A stretch of 64,000 nucleotides of DNA from a virus (lineage: Duplodnaviria; Heunggongvirae; Uroviricota; Caudoviricetes). Below, one piece after another: positions 20,551 to 29,163 of this stretch. Below the pieces are notes generated by a model. That model did no database searches, was not told the origin of the DNA, and saw nothing but the letters and a program-made list of their open reading frames with translations. A program made the position numbers and the translations under genes. The stretch lies in the IMG/VR virus record IMGVR_UViG_2880378312_000006; one strand, written 5' to 3'. Within the stretch, counting starts at the first letter, position 1. Every line of letters begins with the position of its first letter.

Positions 20551-20784
20551 TCAGTCAGTGTTTCTGGCTAACCAGCGACGCGCGCCAGCTTCAGTTTTAA
20601 ACGTTTTGCTTTTGGTATACGTCATCGCGGTGAACGTACCGTCCTGGTTGGGGAACACGCCACATACCAGAGATTCGTTGTTGCCAAGATTGAGCGTATC
20701 CATGTTGACCTCATTTCCCCTTAACGCCGGGGTAGCGGAACAAAAACCTGCTGCATAGTTATTAAAGTTGAACCCTGCCGTCAT
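20551..20784 (-). CDS. Hypothetical protein (77 aa), first gene downstream of cI
   Basis: ORF with GAGG-type RBS; translationally coupled to the 212-aa gene; occupies the rexA/ydfA position. Confidence 0.5.
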   Translation of the reverse strand: MTAGFNFNNYAAGFCSATPALRGNEVNMDTLNLGNNESLVCGVFPNQDGTFTAMTYTKSKTFKTEAGARRWLARNTD

Positions 20785-20995
20785 GTTCTTACGCCTCGGG
20801 CTGGCTACTTAACCCCTGACCACTGCCTGGTAACTCGAAGTATTGCCCTGCATTCTGTGGGGCGGGGTGAGGGAATGAATGAAGTTTAGAAAAACGAACA
20901 TTTAAGGTCAATGTTTTTTTATCAAAACATTTTAAGCAGGCAGCTGTTACGCCATCACTACGATGGCATACAGTTAATCAAATAGATGAGGTTGG

Positions 20996-21634
20996 TTAAA
21001 TATCTTGTTGAATTTTAAAGCATACTCCCAATATGCAAGATAGATCATCCAGCATAATTGAAGGGTAGCGAGGATTCGTGGGGACTAAAAGAATATCCGG
21101 CCCTTCTATCTCCAGTTTGCGAATGACAGGCGTTGTGGTCCCTTTGGGTAAGGCAAGGACAATATTTCCTGGTTGTACGATTCGATCGGGATCAACAAAA
21201 ACTGTTGAACCATTTGGGATGGAAACTCCACCACCAGATGTCGACATACTGTCACTCTCTAGAACAACAGCAAAGGTATTGGCCGGGATTTCTCCGACAA
21301 GCTGCACACAAGAGGTTATTGAGGAATTTTTCATATAATCACTCCAGCTTGCTGCCTGCTGAAGTGATAGTAGCGGAACCGTTTTTATCGGCGGTAAAGA
21401 TAGATCAAGCGAATCACCTGTATTTAACTCTCCTCCATTAAGAAGCCAATTTTCGTTTACTTTCAATATCTTTGCCAGTGAACTTATGTAACGCGAGGAC
21501 GGCGCTCCTCCACCGTTCATCCATTGACTTACGGAGCCTTTTGATGCGCCAGTGGCATTGACAAGGTCTTTGCCTTTCAAGTTTAGCGCATGCATACGTT
21601 GGGTTATGCGTTCAGATATTGTTTGCTTGTTCAT
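20996..21634 (-). CDS. cI: CI-like prophage repressor (XRE-type HTH plus S24 LexA-like peptidase domain), 212 aa
   Basis: N-terminal HTH (QRMHALNLKGKDLVNATGASKGSVSQW) and C-terminal S24 autopeptidase-like region; divergent from the cro-like gene. Confidence 0.85.
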   Translation of the reverse strand: MNKQTISERITQRMHALNLKGKDLVNATGASKGSVSQWMNGGGAPSSRYISSLAKILKVNENWLLNGGELNTGDSLDLSLPPIKTVPLLSLQQAASWSDYMKNSSITSCVQLVGEIPANTFAVVLESDSMSTSGGGVSIPNGSTVFVDPDRIVQPGNIVLALPKGTTTPVIRKLEIEGPDILLVPTNPRYPSIMLDDLSCILGVCFKIQQDI

Positions 21635-21725
21635 GTTTTGATTTTAAAACACAGATGGTTTTGTTTCTTGACTTTCTTTGGTTTTGATTATTAAACTTTT
21701 GGCGTTCAGTTTTATGGAGCGACTC
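21635..21725. promoter_or_regulatory. Divergent operator-promoter region between cI and cro (repeated TTTTGATT motifs, TTTTAAAA palindrome, TTGACT -35-like hexamer)
   Basis: 91-bp AT-rich intergenic region between divergent regulators; motifs read directly. Confidence 0.4.
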
Positions 21726-21968
21726 ATGAAAAAATCAGAAGTATTAGGCTATTTTGGCGGAGTTGTTAAAACAGCCGCCGCTCTAGGAACGTCAAAAACC
21801 ACAGTCAGCATGTGGGGGGAAGACGTTCCGTGGAAATGGGCGTTGCTAATTCAGGCAGTCACTGCCGGGGCGCTCAAATATGAGTTACACATACCGACGG
21901 TTGTCATTCCCGATTCTGATCATAATCCGCCTTCTAACCAAGGGGGGATTCATGAAAATCAAGCATGA
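21726..21968 (+). CDS. Cro-like / YdaS-family DNA-binding protein, 80 aa
   Basis: MKKSEVLGYFGGVVKTAAALGTSKTTVSMWGEDVPWKWALL is an HTH; GGAG RBS; divergent from cI. Confidence 0.7.
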   Translation: MKKSEVLGYFGGVVKTAAALGTSKTTVSMWGEDVPWKWALLIQAVTAGALKYELHIPTVVIPDSDHNPPSNQGGIHENQA

Positions 21969-22377
21969 ACACATCCGCATGGCGATGAATGCCTGGGCGC
22001 GTCCTGATGGCGAAAAAGTTCCGGCAGCTGGAATAACCCAGGCTTATTTTGAGTTGGGTATGACGTTTCCTGAACTGTACGACGACAGCCATCCGGAAGC
22101 CCTGGCTCGCAATACCCAGAAAATTTTCCGCTGGATAGAGAAAGACACCCCTGATGCAGTTGAAAAAATGCAGGCTCTGTTACCGGCGATCGAAAAGGCA
22201 ATGCCGCCTCTGCTGGTGGCCCGTATGCGCAGTCACAGCTCTGAATATTACCGTGAGATCGTCGAACGGAGGGATCGGCTGGTGAAAGATGTGGATGATT
22301 TTGTCGCAGCGGCGATCGCCTGGGGCACCCTGACTAACAGTGGGGGTCAGCCTGGTAATGCTGTTGTCGTGCATTGA
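21952..22377 (+). CDS. YdaT-like regulatory protein, 141 aa
   Basis: Follows the cro-like gene as ydaS-ydaT do in Rac; GGGGGG RBS before the ATG at 21952. Confidence 0.5.
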   Translation: MKIKHEHIRMAMNAWARPDGEKVPAAGITQAYFELGMTFPELYDDSHPEALARNTQKIFRWIEKDTPDAVEKMQALLPAIEKAMPPLLVARMRSHSSEYYREIVERRDRLVKDVDDFVAAAIAWGTLTNSGGQPGNAVVVH

Positions 22378-22445
22378 CCAACAATATTCATGCCGGATTT
22401 CTTCCGGATGTTCGAGGGTAAAGTTCGGTATCAGAAGAGGTGAGT

Positions 22446-23489
22446 ATGGCTAATGCCTGGCTCAGATTGTGGCATGACATGCCAAATGACCCCAAGTGGC
22501 GAACGATTGCCAGGGTATCAGGACAGCCAATCGCAACAGTGATGGCAGTGTATATCCATCTTCTGGTGAGCGCGTCACGAAATGTCACGACATGTCACGG
22601 CGTGTCACTACGTGGTCACATTGATGTCACGACGGAAGATTTAGCAAGTGCGCTTGATGTGACGGAAGACGTAATTGATTCAATTTTGCATGCAATGCAG
22701 GGGCGGGTTCTGGATGGTGACCTTATTTCCGGATGGGAAAAACGTCAGGTGCTGAAAGAGGACAATGGTAACGTTTCGCAAACGGCAAAATCCCCGGCAG
22801 AGCGCAAGAGAGCGCAGCGGGAGCGGGAAAAGCTGCGGAAACATAATGCTGATTGTCACGATGAGTCACGACGTGTCACGCATCTGTCACGACAAGTCAC
22901 GACAGATAAAGATACAGATAAAGATACAGATACAGAATTAAACCCCACACATAACGCGCGCGAGAGTATTCCGACCAGTGAGTCGAATGGTGCGCCGTTG
23001 CAGACAGCCGAACCTGAATACCTGGACGGCCTGAGCGAACCGATCGGGAAATTTTCGATGACTACTGTCTGGCAGCCGTCGCCGGATTTTCGACAACGGG
23101 CAGCAGTGTGGGGTATGGCTCTGCCTGAGCCGGAATTTACACCTGCTGAGCTTGCCGCATTCCGGGATTACTGGATGGCGGAGGGGAAGGTTTTCACGCA
23201 GGTTCAGTGGGAGCAGAAATTTGCCCGCCACGTGCAGCACGTCAGGGCACAGGTAAAACCAGTCAGCAAGGGGGGAAGCCATGCAGCATCAGGTGGCACG
23301 GCATCACGGGCAGTTCAGGAAATCCGGGCTGCACGCGAACAGTGGGAACGTGACAACGGATTTATCAGCAACGGAAACGGCCTGGAAGCTGTGGGAGCTC
23401 ATGGGGGAGGTGTATTCGAACCGCTGGACTCAGAAGAACGGGGCCGCACCTTCGAAGCTCTGGATTGCCCAGATTGGTGCGATGACTGA
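22446..23489 (+). CDS. Phage replication initiation protein (O-like), contains the iteron arrays
   Basis: Position after the immunity region; two 10-bp-phased TGTCACG arrays lie inside the coding sequence as lambda ori lies inside O; start could be GTG 22440 or ATG 22446. Confidence 0.55.
   Translation: MANAWLRLWHDMPNDPKWRTIARVSGQPIATVMAVYIHLLVSASRNVTTCHGVSLRGHIDVTTEDLASALDVTEDVIDSILHAMQGRVLDGDLISGWEKRQVLKEDNGNVSQTAKSPAERKRAQREREKLRKHNADCHDESRRVTHLSRQVTTDKDTDKDTDTELNPTHNARESIPTSESNGAPLQTAEPEYLDGLSEPIGKFSMTTVWQPSPDFRQRAAVWGMALPEPEFTPAELAAFRDYWMAEGKVFTQVQWEQKFARHVQHVRAQVKPVSKGGSHAASGGTASRAVQEIRAAREQWERDNGFISNGNGLEAVGAHGGGVFEPLDSEERGRTFEALDCPDWCDD
22574..22631. repeat. Iteron array 1: six copies of (T)GTCACG-like motif at 10-bp phasing
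   Basis: gtcacg at 22574, 22584, 22594, 22604 (gtcact), 22613 (ggtcac), 22626. Confidence 0.7.
22855..22935. repeat. Iteron array 2: five GTCACG copies at about 10-bp phasing followed by GATAAAGATACA direct repeats (AT-rich)
   Basis: gtcacg at 22855, 22865, 22875, 22886, 22896, then gataaagatacagataaagatacagatacag. Confidence 0.7.
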
Positions 23490-23943
23490 ACAGCAAATCC
23501 GTCTGGTGTGCCGTCAGTGCATGGACCGCTGCCGGGCGGGTGAAACGTGGCCCCCGGACCTGGCTGAGTTTGTTGCGCTGATTTCGGAGAGTGGGGCAAA
23601 TCCATTTGGTCTTACGGTGGATGCCGTGATGGAAGAGTACCGGCGCTGGCGCAATGAATCCTGGCGATACGACGGGAGTGATAAATACCCGTGGCCACAG
23701 CCTGTGCTGTACCACATCTGCCTCGAAATGCGTACCAGAGGGATTGAGCGCCAGATGACGCAAGGTGAGTTAAAACGACTTGCGGAACGGCAACTGACGA
23801 AATGGGCAAAGCATGTTGGTAACGGGATGAGTGTTCCGCCAGTGCGACGACAACTGGAAGGGGCGAAACACCCGCAAGGGCCAACGCCAATTGAACGGCT
23901 GAAACAGGAATACGAACGCCGGAAGGCAGCTGGTTTTATTTGA
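23401..23943 (+). CDS. Replication-module protein (second gene), start uncertain
   Basis: ORF 23281-23943 overlaps the end of the O-like gene in another frame; internal ATG at 23401 is a plausible start; no Walker motif seen. Confidence 0.35.
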   Translation: MGEVYSNRWTQKNGAAPSKLWIAQIGAMTEQQIRLVCRQCMDRCRAGETWPPDLAEFVALISESGANPFGLTVDAVMEEYRRWRNESWRYDGSDKYPWPQPVLYHICLEMRTRGIERQMTQGELKRLAERQLTKWAKHVGNGMSVPPVRRQLEGAKHPQGPTPIERLKQEYERRKAAGFI

Positions 23944-23958
23944 ATCTGAGAAACGATT

Positions 23959-24693
23959 TTGTCGGAGGAAATATTAATGGAAACCGTATTTGACGCACTG
24001 AAAGCACTGAAAAAAGCCTCTTCACAGGTAGTGGCATCGCGCCTTGGAATCAGCCGCGAAGATGCTGTCAACGAACTGTGGAAACTGAAGCGCCGTGGTG
24101 AAGCGGATAACAAGGGGTCGATGTGGTGGCTGACTCAGACTGGTGAAAGTGAACCAGTGTCACCGGTACCGAAAGTGACAGCGCAAATGCTGACTGAGGC
24201 GATTGAACATCATGGCCCACAAACGGCGGATGAGCTGGCACTGATGTTCGGGATTACCTCCCGCCGGGCGAATTCATCACTGGCCATGGCAATCAGCAAA
24301 GGGCGTCTGATTCGCGTGAATCAGGGCGGTAAATTTCGGTACTGCATACCGGGCGCTGATTTACCGGCAGAGCCGAAAGCCGCATCCATAACGGAAACGG
24401 ATGGTAAAGCCTTTCCTCAGCCAGCAGGTGTTGCGTTACCAGTCGGGGAAGCGGAAACACAGGAAGAAATAAAAACGGAAAGTGTGGCGGTCACAGTGCA
24501 GTCACAGCCGTCGTTCACCAGAAAGCATCCGGATGGTCTGATTTTACCATCGCTGCATGTGGCTAACCGCGAGCTGCGCCGGGCAAAAGGTCAGGTTCAG
24601 AAGTGGGAGCGAGTCTGCGCCGCGCTGCGGGAGCTGAACAAGTGCCGGGATATTCTCCGGGATATTACCGCCACCAGAGAACAGCAGCGGTGA
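23959..24693 (+). CDS. Conserved prophage protein, 244 aa (DUF1627-like by recollection)
   Basis: Intact ORF in the nin-like region. Confidence 0.4.
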   Translation: MSEEILMETVFDALKALKKASSQVVASRLGISREDAVNELWKLKRRGEADNKGSMWWLTQTGESEPVSPVPKVTAQMLTEAIEHHGPQTADELALMFGITSRRANSSLAMAISKGRLIRVNQGGKFRYCIPGADLPAEPKAASITETDGKAFPQPAGVALPVGEAETQEEIKTESVAVTVQSQPSFTRKHPDGLILPSLHVANRELRRAKGQVQKWERVCAALRELNKCRDILRDITATREQQR

Positions 24694-24725
24694 GTGGGTG
24701 GAAGACGTGGTGCCGGGCGGAAATC

Positions 24726-25007
24726 ATGATACTCCGGCAGTGTGCGGGAACGATGAAGGTAAAAAGCGTTGGCGCACTTATCGGACGAACTGAAGCGGCA
24801 GTGAGAACGAAGGCACGGGAGCTGGGCATCAGCATGATGTTACGTGGTGATTTTCACCCGTCGGCAAAATATTCTCAGCGTGATATTGAGCTGGCGCGGC
24901 AACTGCATCAGAGAGGCATGCAAAGAAGGGAAATTGCCAGAAAATTAGGCATGCCGCTGCGCATAGTGAATAACTACGTTTATTTCGACAGGAGGGTGTC
25001 TGCGTGA
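24726..25007 (+). CDS. Hypothetical protein with C-terminal HTH-like region (about 93 aa; alternative GTG start at 24690)
   Basis: ORF 24603-25007; ATG at 24726; motif RREIARKLGMPLRIVNNY. Confidence 0.4.
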   Translation: MILRQCAGTMKVKSVGALIGRTEAAVRTKARELGISMMLRGDFHPSAKYSQRDIELARQLHQRGMQRREIARKLGMPLRIVNNYVYFDRRVSA

Positions 25008-25231
25008 AAATCCTGTATCAGGATTACGGCCCGGTGGGGCAGGTGGTTATCAGCAGTACTGTAATGGAGTTTCGGAAGCATAACCGTGTGGTGGATGCTG
25101 TGCTGTTAACCTGTCCGGGGATATCGGCGAGTCGTGCAGGTGTGTTTATTATGAAGACGAAATTATATGGCAGTAAGGCGTGGATAAAGAAGGCGTATCG
25201 TGTAGCGTTGCAGGAGGTTAACAGTGAGTGA
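25004..25231 (+). CDS. Hypothetical protein, 75 aa
   Basis: Start overlaps the upstream stop; part of a tightly packed same-strand block. Confidence 0.35.
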   Translation: MKILYQDYGPVGQVVISSTVMEFRKHNRVVDAVLLTCPGISASRAGVFIMKTKLYGSKAWIKKAYRVALQEVNSE

Positions 25232-25535
25232 AATTAAAGAAATGCCGGTAGTTCGTGACGGATATGGCTACTGGACACATCCTGAATATGAAAAATTCTG
25301 TGATGGTCGGGAATATATTTCAACGGAAGAGTTTAACGCCTGGATGGAGGAAAATAATCTTCAATACGTCCTCTGCTTCAGAGATGAAGGATGTGCTGAC
25401 CTTGATGCGTGTGATGCTGATATTTCTGCATGGGAACCGGAACGACCAGAGGGCGATGGCTGGTTTATTGGTTCCATTCATGATACGGAAGATGGCCCGG
25501 TTTGTGTCTGGTTGCGAAATAAGGCTGAAGCATAA
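25224..25535 (+). CDS. Hypothetical acidic protein, 103 aa
   Basis: Overlapping start and stop with the upstream gene. Confidence 0.4.
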   Translation: MSEIKEMPVVRDGYGYWTHPEYEKFCDGREYISTEEFNAWMEENNLQYVLCFRDEGCADLDACDADISAWEPERPEGDGWFIGSIHDTEDGPVCVWLRNKAEA

Positions 25536-25662
25536 AGGCGATAAACCAACTAACAACTAAATACTGAAGATTTAAATCAGAAACGATTTTTATTAAATCC
25601 TTAACCGGAGGGATTCCTGCACCCTCAGAACATCAGGAGGCCGCCCGAAAGGGCGGTAAGAA

Positions 25663-25881
25663 ATGAAACATTATTTAGAAAAAAATTACCCACGAAAGAG
25701 CAGAACAACAGAGTTTCTGTTTTTCATTCTGTTTATAGTGTTGATGATACCGATATCCCCGCTATTACTGGTCTGGATAATTGGAAGGACATTTGAACCA
25801 GTTATTGAGCTATATACCGATGTGACATGGGAATCATTCAGCGCACTGCACAATAAAATTAATCCGTATAAGGAAAACTGA
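25663..25881 (+). CDS. Small membrane protein, 72 aa
   Basis: Hydrophobic core FLFFILFIVLMIPISPLLLVWIIG. Confidence 0.4.
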   Translation: MKHYLEKNYPRKSRTTEFLFFILFIVLMIPISPLLLVWIIGRTFEPVIELYTDVTWESFSALHNKINPYKEN

Positions 25882-25882
25882 T

Positions 25883-26440
25883 ATGAGCACTATTACCAGA
25901 GAACGCGCGGAGATTAAATCATACATCACAGGCTTCCTGAGCGACTCGGCGCACGATAACAAGTCTTCAGACAGCCTGCTGGCTAATGTGTTTCGTATCG
26001 CGCTGGCATCACTGGAAGCAGAGCCGATAGCAATGGTAGTGCCTGATGAAATGGATTTGCTTACCTGCCATCTCGACGGTGTAACTAAAACATATGCTGA
26101 TGGCTGGAACGCCTGCCGCGTCGCCATGCTTCAGGCCGGAAACTTTCGGGAAAATAAGAATTCGTCAACCAACAATTTTCGGGAAATCTCGGAAACGTCA
26201 ACCAGATCTCCGATAACTCTGGATGGCTGGATAAGCTGTACTGAGCGAATGCCTGAAAAGAGCCAGAACGTGCTTATTTCGATGAATATCGATAGCGAGG
26301 CTGGGCCATTAATATATTCCGCACGCTATCTCGGAGGCACGTTCCGGCGCGGAGGTATAGCAGTTAGTCCGGGTAATGATCTTAGGCAAGCAACCCACTG
26401 GATGTCGCTACCAGAACCGCCGCAGGAGGTGAATCAATGA
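25883..26440 (+). CDS. Conserved prophage protein, 185 aa (DUF551-like by recollection)
   Basis: Intact ORF starting 2 nt after the upstream stop. Confidence 0.45.
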   Translation: MSTITRERAEIKSYITGFLSDSAHDNKSSDSLLANVFRIALASLEAEPIAMVVPDEMDLLTCHLDGVTKTYADGWNACRVAMLQAGNFRENKNSSTNNFREISETSTRSPITLDGWISCTERMPEKSQNVLISMNIDSEAGPLIYSARYLGGTFRRGGIAVSPGNDLRQATHWMSLPEPPQEVNQ

Positions 26441-26730
26441 CCTGGCCTGAAGCATTCACAACGGTAGGAATTGCGATGGCGGTGGCGCTGGTGGTGTATT
26501 CGATTTGCCGCTGGGGATAAAAACGGTTTGCGGGAAAAGGATAGTTAAGTAGAATTGCTGCGGGTGCTTGAGGCTATCTGCCTCGGGCATGAACACCAAC
26601 GGCAGATAGAGAAAAGCCCCAGTTAACATTACGCGTCCTGCAAGACGCTTAACATTAATCTGAGGCTCAATCCATGCTGAACACATGTAGGTTAGCCTCT
26701 TACGTGCCGAAAGGCAAGGAGAAGCAGGCT

Positions 26731-26886
26731 ATGAAGCAGCAAAAGGCGATGTTAATCGCCCTGATCGTCATCTGTTTAACCGTCATAGTGACGGCACTGG
26801 TAACGAGGAAAGACCTCTGCGAGGTGCGAATCCGAACCGGTCAGACGGAGGTCGCTGTCTTCGTAGACTACGAATCTGAGAAGTAA
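26731..26886 (+). CDS. hokD: Hok/Gef-family type I toxin, HokD-like, 51 aa
   Basis: MKQQKAMLIALIVICLTVIVTALVTRKDLCEVRIRTGQTEVAVF... matches K-12 HokD (RelF) as I recall it; overlapping mok-like frame from 26674; upstream inverted repeat ggctatctgcc/ggcagatagag and a downstream GC hairpin typical of hok mRNA. Confidence 0.85.
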   Translation: MKQQKAMLIALIVICLTVIVTALVTRKDLCEVRIRTGQTEVAVFVDYESEK

Positions 26887-27005
26887 GAGACCAGGCGGGG
26901 GAGTAATCTCCCGCCACCTCTGATGTGTCAGGCATCCTCAACGCACCCGCGCTTTACCATACTGAAAATGCTGTTTGAATGTTCATCTCTGAAAGAGGAC
27001 TATGA

Positions 27006-27350
27006 ATGAAAAAGGTATTGATTGCAGCACTTATTTCCGGTGTGTCTTTTGGCGCTTTTGCACAGCAGGGTGGTTTCCAGGGGCCAGAAGCAGAGCGTTC
27101 AACAGTAGCGCAGGCAAAAGAACTGAAGGATGATGCATGGGTTATCCTTGAAGGGAGCATCGTTAAAAAAGTGGGTGATGAACGTTATGAGTTTCGTGAC
27201 AATAGCGGGACAATTGTCACGGATATTGATGACAGCGTATGGGCCGGGCAGAATGTTTCTCCGAAAGACAAAGTAAGAATTGAGGGTGAAATTGATAAAG
27301 ACCTGAGCAGTGTTGAAGTTGATGTAAAGGCACTGAAATTATTAAAGTAA
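27006..27350 (+). CDS. YgiW/YdeI (BOF) family periplasmic OB-fold protein, 114 aa, signal peptide
   Basis: Signal peptide then GGFQGP...ILEGSIVKKVGDERYEFRDNSGTIVTDIDDSVW...EGEIDKD, the characteristic BOF pattern. Confidence 0.8.
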   Translation: MKKVLIAALISGVSFGAFAQQGGFQGPEAERSTVAQAKELKDDAWVILEGSIVKKVGDERYEFRDNSGTIVTDIDDSVWAGQNVSPKDKVRIEGEIDKDLSSVEVDVKALKLLK

Positions 27351-27471
27351 CCGCCCCTGCTTGTTAAGCCCGTCTTACTGACGGGTTTTCTGTTTGTACA
27401 TTCCGGCGTATTGCCTTACAATTCGCGCAGTCAGCCTGAACAACTGACACCTGCTGTCACCGGAGAATCCG

Positions 27472-27744
27472 ATGACACAACACATAAAATCCCACAATTC
27501 TGAAGCCGACCCGGAAATTAAGCAGGGGAGGCGTTTTCGTGCGCCTCAGTATGGCTGGTTTCACTATCTGTTCTGTACGATCGATGAGGCAGATATGCTT
27601 CAAGAGGCGTATCTGCGTCGCGGTGTCCGTGTGGAGCGGAGTCTGAACGCTGATCGTCTGACCTGGACCGTTTCTGTATATCTTCCTGTTCGTGCACATC
27701 TGCCACGGACACATGCCTGCTACCGTCAGCGCGTCTGGAGGTAA
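27472..27744 (+). CDS. Hypothetical protein, 90 aa (Rem-position gene)
   Basis: GGAGA RBS; sits where rem lies in Qin (between hokD and ydfU); no sequence-level identification. Confidence 0.3.
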   Translation: MTQHIKSHNSEADPEIKQGRRFRAPQYGWFHYLFCTIDEADMLQEAYLRRGVRVERSLNADRLTWTVSVYLPVRAHLPRTHACYRQRVWR

Positions 27745-28795
27745 TGTGCGGGTATTACTTCGACCTGTTCTGGTTCCGGAACTCGGGCTGGTGGTCCTTA
27801 AGCCCGGTCGTGAATCATTGCCAGTTTTTCATCGCGGCAGGGTGCTGGTGGAGCCGGAACCGAAAAACATGCGGGCGCTGCCATCTGGAGCGGTTCCTGC
27901 TGTTCGCCAGCCGCTGGCGGAAGATAAATCACTGCTGCCATTTTTCAGCGATGAGCGGGTGATTCGTGCAGCTGGCGGCGCTGGTGCACTGTCTGACTGG
28001 TTATTACGTCACGTGAAATCCTGCCAGTGGCCACACGGCGATTATCATCACAGCGAAACCGTTATTCACAGTTACGGTGCTGGCGCAATGGTGTTGTGCT
28101 GGCACTGCGACAACCAGCTGCGCGACCAGACCTCCGAATCACTTGAGCAACTTACTCAACAAAATCTGACAGCCTGGATGATTGACGTCATACGCCATGT
28201 AATGAATGGCACGCAGGAGCGGGAATTATCGCTGGCTGAATTATCCTGGTGGGCAGTCTGCAATCAGGTGGTGGACGCATTACCTGAGGCAGTATCGCGT
28301 CGCTCTCTGGGATTACCGGCGGAAAAAATCCGCTCCGTATACCGTGAAAGCGACATCATACCGGGAGAACAGACCGCCACCAGCATACTGAAGCAGCGCA
28401 CAAAAAATATTGCGCTACCGCCTCACACCCACCAGCAACAGAACCCACCACAGGAAAAGACGGTGGTCAGCATTGCCGTTGATCCGGAGTCTCCGGAATC
28501 CTTCATGAAACGACCTAAACGTCGCCGCTGGGTAAATGAGAAATACACACGCTGGGTAAAGACACAGCCGTGTGCGTGTTGTGGTAAGCCAGCGGACGAT
28601 CCTCATCATCTGATTGGTCATGGTCAGGGCGGAATGGGAACAAAATCCCACGATATTTTCACGCTACCGCTGTGTCGGGAGCATCACAACGAGCTTCATG
28701 CGGATCCGCTGGCGTTCGAAGAAAAGCATGGTTCCCAGGTTGATTTAATTTTTCGTTTTCTTGATCACGCCTTTGCAACCGGCGTGCTCGGGTAA
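27692..28795 (+). CDS. YdfU-like prophage protein (DUF968-type) with C-terminal HNH-like Cys/His motif; start uncertain
   Basis: C-terminal CACCGKPADDPHHLIGHGQGG...LCREHHNELH; position between hokD and rusA/Q mirrors Qin ydfU. Confidence 0.55.
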   Translation: MHICHGHMPATVSASGGNVRVLLRPVLVPELGLVVLKPGRESLPVFHRGRVLVEPEPKNMRALPSGAVPAVRQPLAEDKSLLPFFSDERVIRAAGGAGALSDWLLRHVKSCQWPHGDYHHSETVIHSYGAGAMVLCWHCDNQLRDQTSESLEQLTQQNLTAWMIDVIRHVMNGTQERELSLAELSWWAVCNQVVDALPEAVSRRSLGLPAEKIRSVYRESDIIPGEQTATSILKQRTKNIALPPHTHQQQNPPQEKTVVSIAVDPESPESFMKRPKRRRWVNEKYTRWVKTQPCACCGKPADDPHHLIGHGQGGMGTKSHDIFTLPLCREHHNELHADPLAFEEKHGSQVDLIFRFLDHAFATGVLG

Positions 28796-28807
28796 AAGAG
28801 GTTACTG

Positions 28808-29113
28808 ATGCGTATAGAGTTTGTTTTGCCTTACCCGCCGACGGTGAACACCTACTGGCGACGTCGTGGCAGCACATATTTTGTATCAAAAGCCGGTGAG
28901 CGTTATCGCCGGGATGTGGCACTTATTGTTCGCCAGCAGCGGCTGAAATTAAACCTGTCCGGAAGGCTGGCGATAAAGATTATTGCAGAGCCACCGGATA
29001 AGCGCCGTCGTGACCTGGACAATATCCTGAAAGCACCACTGGATGCGCTGACGCATGCCGGACTTCTCATAGACGACGAGCAGTTTGATGAAATCAATAT
29101 TGTGCGCGGCTAG
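28808..29113 (+). CDS. rusA: RusA-family Holliday junction resolvase, 101 aa
   Basis: MRIEFVLPYPPTVNTYW...RRRDLDNILKAPLDALTHAGLLIDD matches RusA motifs. Confidence 0.8.
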   Translation: MRIEFVLPYPPTVNTYWRRRGSTYFVSKAGERYRRDVALIVRQQRLKLNLSGRLAIKIIAEPPDKRRRDLDNILKAPLDALTHAGLLIDDEQFDEINIVRG

Positions 29114-29163
29114 CTCGTTTCTGGTGGGCGGCTGGGCGTGAAGATTTACAAAATTGAAAGTGA

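Noticed and set aside
22574-22935. CRISPR array suggested by regularly spaced short repeats
   Set aside because: Repeat unit is only 6-7 bp at 10-bp phasing inside a coding sequence, with no spacer-sized unique segments; interpreted as replication-origin iterons.
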